Shown piece after piece: positions 8,366 to 15,058 of a stretch of 20,285 nucleotides of DNA. A program made the position numbers and the translations under genes. The stretch's first letter is position 1. Each line of letters opens with the position of its first letter. Location of the stretch: assembly GCA_964658025.1 (NCBI GenBank), contig CAZZXB010000034.1, positions 1 through 20,285 on the forward strand, in the 5' to 3' direction. This stretch comes from an uncultured Janthinobacterium sp. GTDB taxonomy: Bacteria; Vulcanimicrobiota; Vulcanimicrobiia; Vulcanimicrobiales; Vulcanimicrobiaceae. The notes beneath the pieces are model-generated. The model did no database searches. It saw nothing but the letters and a program-made list of their open reading frames with translations, and was not told where the DNA came from.

Positions 8366-9751
8366 ATGGCAACGACGCGACGGGCCGCGGCGGCGACCGC
8401 GGAGCGACCGAGCGAAACGGTCGAATGGTTCGACGGTCCCGACAGCCTGCGCGTACCGGGCGAGCGGCGCGCGCTCTGGCTCTGCGTCGTGCTCGCACCC
8501 GCCTCGCTCGCGCTCGCGAGCCTCGTCTTCCCGAGCGTCTCGCTCAACGAAGTCGTCTTGCTCGTCGTCGCCGGCCTCGTGTTCGTCTCGCTCGCGCGCG
8601 GACGGCTGCTCGGCTCGAGCGTCCGCATCGAGGATCGGCAAATCGGCGAGATCGGCGAGGTGGCGGCCTCGGTCGCCGCGCGCCTCGGCGTCGCGACGCC
8701 GCACGTGTTCGTCCGCGACGATCCGTTCGTGCCGATCGCTTCGACCGGGATCGGCGAGCCTTACGCGCTCGTCATCTCGAGCCAGTACTATCATCTTCTC
8801 GAGCGCGGCGAACTCGCGTTTCTCATCGCGCGCGAACTCGCGCACATCGCGGCGGGCCACACGCGGATCACGTCGCTCCTCTCGATCTCCGGCCGCGAGA
8901 ATCCCGTCGTCGCCTTCGTGTTCGGACCGTGGCTGCGCAAGACGGAGTTCACGGCGGATCGCGCCGCGTTGCTGTGTTGCGACGGGATGCGCGACGCGCT
9001 CGGCGCGATCGCGATCGCGACCTTCCACTCGATCGGTCGGCGCGTCGATATGGCGGTGCTCGCGGAACAACGCCGGGAGCTCGACGCGGAACCGGCGTTA
9101 CGGATGGGCGAGTGGGTCTCGGCCGTACCGTACGCGACGAACCGGCTCGACGCGCTCGAACGTTTCGCGGCGAGCCCGCTCTACGCGCGGATGCGCGTCC
9201 TGACCGAACGCTCCGCCGGATACGTTCCGGCGAGCGTCGACGCGAGCGCGCCCGGGAGCATCGATCGCGCCGACTGCGCCCCCGTCGTCCGCCGACTCGG
9301 CGCGTTCTGCATCGATCTCGCGACGGTCTCGTCGCTGCTCAAAACGCCGCTCGTCGCGAACGTCTCGCACCAGGCGCTCTCGTCCAAAGAACTCAAAGGC
9401 GTCCCGGCGGCGATCCTGCCGCTCATGACGCATCTTCCGGCGCTCGCGTTCGGCGCGGGCTTGGGCTTCATGTTCGTGACCTTTTTCGCGTACAGCGCGA
9501 TCCTCGTCGCGCTCGGCGGACAGACGGTCGGAATGCTCGTCATGGAACTGCGCGTGCGCACGACGTCGAACCGCCGACCGTCGATCGCGCAGACGCTTTG
9601 GCGCTATACGATCGCGTTCGTTTCGGTCGTCTCGTCGTTCGCGCTCGTCGGATTGTTCATGCGCGTCCATCCGCACGATCGTCTCTCGCGCACGCGGCTC
9701 GTCCGCGGCCGCCGCGCCGGGACGGTCGCCGTTAGAGCGCCGCGGGTCTGA
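8366..9751 (+). CDS. Membrane protein: M48 (HtpX/Ste24-like) peptidase-like domain fused to a C-terminal RDD domain
   Basis: Two N-terminal TMs; ELAFLIARELAHIAAGH (degenerate HExxH) and RKTEFTADRAAL. The RDD domain shows APVVRRLGAFCID, GGQTVGMLVMELRV and HDRLSRTRLV. The 1022-aa ORF call over-extends 5'. Confidence 0.85.
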   Translation: MATTRRAAAATAERPSETVEWFDGPDSLRVPGERRALWLCVVLAPASLALASLVFPSVSLNEVVLLVVAGLVFVSLARGRLLGSSVRIEDRQIGEIGEVAASVAARLGVATPHVFVRDDPFVPIASTGIGEPYALVISSQYYHLLERGELAFLIARELAHIAAGHTRITSLLSISGRENPVVAFVFGPWLRKTEFTADRAALLCCDGMRDALGAIAIATFHSIGRRVDMAVLAEQRRELDAEPALRMGEWVSAVPYATNRLDALERFAASPLYARMRVLTERSAGYVPASVDASAPGSIDRADCAPVVRRLGAFCIDLATVSSLLKTPLVANVSHQALSSKELKGVPAAILPLMTHLPALAFGAGLGFMFVTFFAYSAILVALGGQTVGMLVMELRVRTTSNRRPSIAQTLWRYTIAFVSVVSSFALVGLFMRVHPHDRLSRTRLVRGRRAGTVAVRAPRV

Positions 9752-10781
9752 AGGCCGCGAGCGCCTCGCGCGTGGCGGGCGGCACGATGCGGCCGCTCGC
9801 GATCGCGCGGCCGACCGCGTCGAGGCGCGCGAGCCGTTGCGGGCCGACGATCCGTCGCGTCTGCGGCAAGGTCGCGAGCCCGACGGCGCCTTCGCGATAG
9901 CCGAACGAGACGATCCCCGACGGAAACTTTTCGGCGCTCGTCTCGAGCGCGATGCGAAAGACCGCGGCGTCGGCGCGCGTGACGACGCTCGTGAGCGCGC
10001 CGTCCCTCGCGAGCGCGGATGCGTCGCCGCCGACGGCGATCGCGTGGATCTCCGGATTCGCGCGGAGCGCGTCGAACGCGGCGGAACTCGCGCGGCCCGC
10101 CGCGATCTCGACGACGTCGGCGTGCGCGGCGAGGATCGCGCGCGTCGCGGCGCGCACGGCCGCCGCGTCGCCCGGCGCGCGCGCGCGAACGACGTCGACG
10201 CGCGTCCGCCGATCGAGCTCGCGCGCGCCCGCGACGAATCCCGCTTCGAGCGCGCGCGTGCGTTCCGCGTCGATGCCGCCGAGGAAGCCGACGACGTGCG
10301 TCTTCGATAGCGACGCCGCGAGCGCGCCCGCGAGAAACGATCCGTCCTGTTCGCGAAAGACGACCGACGCCACGTTCGGTTCGGCGTCGACGGCGCCGAC
10401 GATGACGAAACGCCGACGCGGATAGAGGCGCGCCGTCCGCTCGACGTCGGCGCGCATCGCTTCGCCGACGCCGAACGTCGCGTCGTATTCTTGATCCGCG
10501 AAGTACGTGAGGTTGGGTTGGTAGTCGCCCGGCGACGACGAGCGCTGGACGGCGATCTGCGCGCCGAATCGCGCGTTCGCCGCTCGGAGGCCGGCGTACG
10601 TGCCGTCGTTGAGCCCGCGATCCCCGAGACCCGCCGTGTCCGTGACGAGGCCGAGCCGGAGCGTTCCGGGCGTCGCCGACGCGCTCGAAACGATCGCCGC
10701 GGGCTTCGCACAGCCGCTCGCGAGCGAACACGACGCGAGCGCGACGGCGACGGAGAAGACGCGCGCGAAACGGCGGAACAT
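9732..10781 (-). CDS. BMP-family (PnrA/TmpC-like) substrate-binding lipoprotein
   Basis: Lipobox LASGC; motifs LVTDTAGLGDRGLN, PNVASVVFREQDGSFLAGALAASLSKTHVVGFLGG and IASGRIVPP. The start is 10781 or 10799. Confidence 0.88.
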   Translation of the reverse strand: MFRRFARVFSVAVALASCSLASGCAKPAAIVSSASATPGTLRLGLVTDTAGLGDRGLNDGTYAGLRAANARFGAQIAVQRSSSPGDYQPNLTYFADQEYDATFGVGEAMRADVERTARLYPRRRFVIVGAVDAEPNVASVVFREQDGSFLAGALAASLSKTHVVGFLGGIDAERTRALEAGFVAGARELDRRTRVDVVRARAPGDAAAVRAATRAILAAHADVVEIAAGRASSAAFDALRANPEIHAIAVGGDASALARDGALTSVVTRADAAVFRIALETSAEKFPSGIVSFGYREGAVGLATLPQTRRIVGPQRLARLDAVGRAIASGRIVPPATREALAAFRPAAL

Positions 10782-10791
10782 CCGACGCGTC

Positions 10792-10817
10792 TTACGCACG
10801 CGTGCGAGGCTCGGCCT
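10792..10817 (-). promoter_or_regulatory. Putative SigH-like promoter (AGGC-N18-GTAA)
   Basis: Recurrent motif, 10 nt before ATG 10781. Confidence 0.4.
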
Positions 10818-10823
10818 TGCGGA

Positions 10824-11030
10824 TTACAAGACGATCGGGGAAGGAATCGGCGTCTGCGACGGATCGTCGACGATCGGCGGCGCGAGGGGCGGTTCTTCGA
10901 CCGGGCCGCCGGGCGTGCTCGGCGGATCGCCCGGCGTCGGCGGCCGATACGGCGTCTCGACGGGCGCGCCCGGGACGTCGGGGGGCGGCATCTCGGGCGA
11001 TATCGCGCGGATGTGGTAGGTTTGTGCCAT
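10824..11030 (-). CDS. Small Pro-rich, acidic hypothetical protein (55-68 aa)
   Basis: MAQTYHIRAISPEMPPPDVPGAPVETPYRPPTPGDPPSTPGGPVEEPPLAPPIVDDPSQTPIPSPIVL fills the gap between genes and has GC-rich third codon positions. The start is 11030 or 10991. Confidence 0.6.
   Translation of the reverse strand: MAQTYHIRAISPEMPPPDVPGAPVETPYRPPTPGDPPSTPGGPVEEPPLAPPIVDDPSQTPIPSPIVL
10994..11019 (+). promoter_or_regulatory. Putative SigH-like promoter of the AI-2E/arginase unit (CGGG-N18-GTAG)
   Basis: Recurrent motif, 9 nt before ATG 11029. Confidence 0.3.
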
Positions 11031-12213
11031 GGAAATTCCCTCGGGTCGACGCATCGTTCGGCGTTCGCGGACGGAGCGACGCGTGACGTACGCCCTCAAA
11101 GTGCTCGCGACGATCGTCCTCGTCGCGATGTGCTTGAGCGCGATCCTCACGTTCCTCGCCCGCGTTCCGAGCATGGTCGTCATCGGCGTCGGTGCGGTGT
11201 TCTTTACGTACGCCATCTACCCGATCGTCCGCTGGCTCAACGCGCGGATACCGCTGCTCTGGGCGATCGTCATCGTCTACGCGTTCATCGTCGCGATCCT
11301 CGCGATCCTCGCGCTCACGATCGTGCCGGCGCTCGCGAGCGACGTGCAGTCGCTCGTCGCGTCGGCGCCGCACTTCGTGCACGTCGCGCAAGATTACGTC
11401 GACGATCCGAAAAATCCGATCGTCACGCACCTGCCCGTGCCGGTACGGACGTATCTCGCCACGTTGCCGACCCAAGCCGACGCGCTCGCCCGACGCTACG
11501 CGGGCCAGGCGGCGTCGGGCGCGTTCGCGGTCGTGCTCTCGCTCGTCTCGCTCGTCGCGACGGTCGTCGTCATCCCCGTCATGTCGATCTATCTCATGAT
11601 CGAGACGCCGGGGTTGTTGCGCAGTTTCACCCTCCGTCTTCCGCCGCGCTTCCAGGCGAAGGCCGGCGTCGTGCTGCGCGACATCGATACCGCGCTCGGC
11701 GGCTTCATCCGAGGACAGTTACTCGTCGGCGCCGTGATCGGGTTCTGCATCATCGCCGCGCTGTTGATCCTGCACGTACGCTATGCCGTGTTGATCGGCG
11801 TCGTCGCGGGACTCTTCGACGTCATCCCGTTCGTCGGCGCGTTCGTCGGGTTCGTCCCCGCGGTGTTACTCGCGCTCGTCGACGACGGATGGCAACACGC
11901 GCTCATCGTCGCGGTCGTGTTCGTCGCGCTCTTTCAAGCCGAGGGTCACTTCATCGCGCCGAAGATCGTGAGCGATTCCGTCGGCCTCTCGCCGCTCATG
12001 GTGATCGTCGCGATCCTCATCGGCGGCGAACTGCTCGGCATCGCGGGCATGTTTCTCGCGGTGCCGCTCGCGGCGATCGTGCGCGTGATCGTGCTCAACG
12101 CGTTTCCGGAACGACCGCCGGCGATCGTCGCGTCCGGCGTCTTCGCGGGCGAAACCGCGGTCGCCATGCCGCCGCGCGAGATCTCGTCGTCCGATCGGGC
12201 GGAGGTACGGTGA
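11029..12213 (+). CDS. AI-2E (PerM/TqsA) family transporter
   Basis: Multi-TM protein with YPIVRWL, LGGFIRGQLL, IPFVGAF, EGHFIAPKIVSDSVGLSPL and GGELLGIAGMFLAVPLAA. Alternative start is GTG 11083. Confidence 0.92.
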   Translation: MEIPSGRRIVRRSRTERRVTYALKVLATIVLVAMCLSAILTFLARVPSMVVIGVGAVFFTYAIYPIVRWLNARIPLLWAIVIVYAFIVAILAILALTIVPALASDVQSLVASAPHFVHVAQDYVDDPKNPIVTHLPVPVRTYLATLPTQADALARRYAGQAASGAFAVVLSLVSLVATVVVIPVMSIYLMIETPGLLRSFTLRLPPRFQAKAGVVLRDIDTALGGFIRGQLLVGAVIGFCIIAALLILHVRYAVLIGVVAGLFDVIPFVGAFVGFVPAVLLALVDDGWQHALIVAVVFVALFQAEGHFIAPKIVSDSVGLSPLMVIVAILIGGELLGIAGMFLAVPLAAIVRVIVLNAFPERPPAIVASGVFAGETAVAMPPREISSSDRAEVR

Positions 12214-13106
12214 TGCTCGCACGGATCGCCCCGCCACGGCGGATCGACGTCATCGGCGTTCCGATGGATCTCGGGGCCGATCGGCGTGGCGTCGATATGG
12301 GCCCCTCCGCGATCCGATACGCGCGCCTGCACGACGCGCTCGCGTCGATCGGCGTCGGGAGCGTCGTCGATCACGGTAATCTCAACGTCCCCGTTCCGGA
12401 ATCCGATGCGGCGCAATCGGTGAAGAACGCGAAGTACCTGCCGATCATCCTCGACGTCTGTCACGAACTCTCGCTCCTGGTCGAACGGTCGATCCGCGAC
12501 GGCGGATTTCCGCTCGTGCTCGGCGGCGATCATTCGATCGCGATCGGCACGCTCGCGGGCGTGTTCCGCGCGCGCGACACCGCACCCGGACTCATCTGGA
12601 TCGACGCGCACGGCGACATCAACACGCCGCTCACGTCGCCGTCGGGTCACGTGCACGGCATGCCGGTCTCGATCGCGCTCGAAGAACATCACATCGCGCT
12701 CGATCGCACCGTCCTCATCGGTTTGCGCGACATCGACGAAGGCGAGCGCAATCGCATCCACGATCTCGGCGTACGCGCGTTCTCGATGAGTCAGATCGAT
12801 CGGCTGGGCATGGAACGCGTGATGGACGAAGCGCTCGCGATCGCGGGCCAAAACGGCGCGCGTTCCGTGCACGTGAGTTTCGATATGGACGGCATCGACC
12901 CGCGCGAGGCGCCCGGCACGGGCACCGCGGTCCCCGGCGGCCTGACGTATCGCGAAGCGCATCTCGCGATGGAGATGGTCGCGCAATCGGGCGTCCTCGG
13001 CTCGCTCGAAGTCACCGAGACGAACCCGATCCTCGACGAACACAACCGCACCGCGATCCTAGCGGTCGAACTCATCCTGAGCGCGCTCGGCAAGACGATT
13101 CTCTAG
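12213..13106 (+). CDS. rocF: Arginase
   Basis: Motifs GVPMDLGADRRGVDMGPSAIR, LGGDHSIAIG, WIDAHGDINTP, HGMP, HVSFDMDGIDP and PGTGT. SD GGAGG; TGATG overlap with the AI-2E stop. Confidence 0.93.
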   Translation: MLARIAPPRRIDVIGVPMDLGADRRGVDMGPSAIRYARLHDALASIGVGSVVDHGNLNVPVPESDAAQSVKNAKYLPIILDVCHELSLLVERSIRDGGFPLVLGGDHSIAIGTLAGVFRARDTAPGLIWIDAHGDINTPLTSPSGHVHGMPVSIALEEHHIALDRTVLIGLRDIDEGERNRIHDLGVRAFSMSQIDRLGMERVMDEALAIAGQNGARSVHVSFDMDGIDPREAPGTGTAVPGGLTYREAHLAMEMVAQSGVLGSLEVTETNPILDEHNRTAILAVELILSALGKTIL

Positions 13107-13107
13107 A

Positions 13108-13206
13108 CGTTTCGTGTTCGATGCCGACGTTCGATCACTCTTGCGTCGCGAGAGGGAGGTCGCTTCTCTGCTCGGGGTACGGTCGTCGGCATCGTACGCA
13201 AGACGG
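13108..13206. other. Structured intergenic element (inverted repeats with pseudoknot topology)
   Basis: 11-bp perfect inverted repeat at 13119-13129/13184-13194, interleaved with an 8-bp perfect inverted repeat at 13139-13146/13196-13203. Confidence 0.45.
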
Positions 13207-13230
13207 AGTAGCCCTGCGGGAGCGTTGCGT

Positions 13231-13935
13231 TCAGATCAAACGCGCGGCGGCTTCGTTCCAGTTGTGGCGATTTTGCAAGCGCGGCTTCGGCCAGAGTTCG
13301 ACCGTCGGGGTGATGCCGGTCGTGCGGAGGGTTTTCGCGAGCGCGATGCCGTCGTCGGCGGTCGGTTCGTCGCTCGCGACGATCGCCCACGCGACGTTGC
13401 GCAGGCGCGCGGTTTCGCGGACGTCGAGTGCGTCGATCGCATCGAGCGGAGCGTTGCGGCGTTCGATCTCGGTCCAGTGTCCGTCGGTGAATCGACGCAG
13501 GTCGAAGGCCCCGCCGATACAGACGGCGCGCGAGACGACGTCCGGAAGGCGCACCGCGAGATTCGCCGCGTGATAGGCGCCGAAGCCGCACCCGAAGACG
13601 CCCAGCGATTCGCGTTGCGAACGCTCGCGGACGTACGGCACGATCTCGTCGCGGAGATAGCCGACGTACGCTTCGTGGCGCGCGCCGCGTTCGCTCGGCG
13701 CGATGGAGTCGTTGTACCAGCCCTGCGCGTCGTTACTGTCGACGCAGAGGATCTGTAAGAAGCCGTCGTCGATCTTGCGCGCGAGCGCGTCGACCAGACC
13801 CGCATTCTCGTGATCGTAGAAGCGACCCATCTCCGTCGGGAAGACGATGACGGGATAGCCCGACCATCCGAACCACAGAAATTCCATGGAGCGTCCGAGG
13901 TTCGGGCTCGTCCAATAGTCGTGACTGCGGTGCAT
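13231..13935 (-). CDS. Putative esterase family alpha/beta hydrolase with the nucleophile Ser replaced by Gly
   Basis: SPNLGRSMEFLWFGWSGYPVIVFPT..GRFYD, LCVDSND, GCGFGAYHAAN (the family normally has GCSxGAYH) and C-terminal HNW. Confidence 0.85.
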   Translation of the reverse strand: MHRSHDYWTSPNLGRSMEFLWFGWSGYPVIVFPTEMGRFYDHENAGLVDALARKIDDGFLQILCVDSNDAQGWYNDSIAPSERGARHEAYVGYLRDEIVPYVRERSQRESLGVFGCGFGAYHAANLAVRLPDVVSRAVCIGGAFDLRRFTDGHWTEIERRNAPLDAIDALDVRETARLRNVAWAIVASDEPTADDGIALAKTLRTTGITPTVELWPKPRLQNRHNWNEAAARLI

Positions 13936-13946
13936 CGTGAGGAGAT

Positions 13947-13972
13947 GTTCCGAGCGTTCTCCGCACGTTCCC
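13947..13972 (-). promoter_or_regulatory. Putative SigH-like promoter (GGGA-N18-GAAC)
   Basis: Recurrent motif, 11 nt before ATG 13935. Confidence 0.4.
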
Positions 13973-14018
13973 TCGGCGAAAATGCGGGTTCGAACGGGGG
14001 AATGGGAAAGACGGGGGC

Positions 14019-14282
14019 ATGGGCCAACCGACAGATATCGTCCTCTACCAAGCCGAATGGTGTCCGTATTGCGCGCGCGTGCGCACGAAGTTGACGGATC
14101 TCTTACTCGATTACAAGACGGTCAACGTGCCGCGACCGCACGGCGAACGCGGGATCGTCAAAGAGGTCTCGGGGCAGACGGGCATCCCGGTCCTCGTCGA
14201 CGGCGACGTCGTCCTCGACGACGACGACGACATCTTACCGTATCTCGACAAAACCTACGGGAAAGCCGCCGCCTCGACCTAG
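14019..14282 (+). CDS. Glutaredoxin / GST N-terminal-domain protein
   Basis: 87 aa with a WCPYC dithiol and the SGQTGIPVLVDGD cis-Pro loop. Confidence 0.9.
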   Translation: MGQPTDIVLYQAEWCPYCARVRTKLTDLLLDYKTVNVPRPHGERGIVKEVSGQTGIPVLVDGDVVLDDDDDILPYLDKTYGKAAAST

Positions 14283-14283
14283 A

Positions 14284-15057
14284 TCACGCCGAGAGCGCGT
14301 ACGCGACGATCGCGCCGACGATCGTCGCCGCGTAGTTGACGCCGTCGTTGCCGAACAAGCGCGAGCCGCGCACGACGCGCGTCGGCGTCCCGCACGTATG
14401 CGTCTCGCGTTCGGTCGCGCGCCCGCACGCGTCGCAATAACGGAGCGCCTGTGCGGACGCGCCGAGGAGCGAATCGGCCGTCGCTCCCGCGACGCCCGCG
14501 ATCGCGATCGCGGCCGTCGTCCGGCGCGGCAGATCGAAAACGGCACCCGCGATCGATGCGACGAACGCCGCGCCCGCGATCTCGGCGAGCGTGCCGACGC
14601 CGCTCACGCCGCCGGAGAGACCCGTCGCGACGGGACGGAACGTCAGGATCGACCGCGGCCGCCCGGGAGCGAGCGCGCCGACCTCCGTCGCCCACGTGTC
14701 GCCGCTCGCCGCGGCGAACGCTCCCGCGAACGCGGCGAGTCGGCGTGCGTCGCGATCGCGCGCGTAGATCGCGGCGAGCGCGGCGGCGCCGCCGTTGGCG
14801 AAGACCTGACGCCAGTCGCGCGCGCCCGTTTTCTCGACGTCCGCGAGCAACGCGCGCTTGCGCGTGCGACCGACGCGCGAGAGCGCGATCGACGGAACGA
14901 AGAAGGCGAGCAAGACGCTCGCGCCGCGCGTACCGAGCGCGCCGAAGATCGCCCCGCCGACGACGGTCGCGGCGAAGGCGCCGCTCGCGTCGAGCGCCTT
15001 CGCGCGATACGCGACGACGCCGACGCACGCCGCGAGCGCGGTGCCGCGCGCGAACAC
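14284..15057 (-). CDS. DUF92 (TMEM19/VTE6-like) integral membrane protein
   Basis: Motifs EKTGARDWRQVFANGG, AAASGDTWATEVG, GLSGGVSGVGT, DSLLGA and NDGVN, plus a CxxC-x8-HxC insert. Starts 1 bp after the cobA/hemD stop. Confidence 0.9.
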   Translation of the reverse strand: MFARGTALAACVGVVAYRAKALDASGAFAATVVGGAIFGALGTRGASVLLAFFVPSIALSRVGRTRKRALLADVEKTGARDWRQVFANGGAAALAAIYARDRDARRLAAFAGAFAAASGDTWATEVGALAPGRPRSILTFRPVATGLSGGVSGVGTLAEIAGAAFVASIAGAVFDLPRRTTAAIAIAGVAGATADSLLGASAQALRYCDACGRATERETHTCGTPTRVVRGSRLFGNDGVNYAATIVGAIVAYALSA

Positions 15058-15058
15058 G

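Noticed and set aside
8267..9070. 5' extension of the 620-aa beta-lactamase-like ORF
   Set aside because: Antisense to the M48-RDD gene. The signal peptide begins at about 8254.
10491..12212. Apparent 871-aa arginase fusion
   Set aside because: The upstream part is an off-frame read through the BMP and AI-2E genes. Arginase has its own SD and ATG at 12213.
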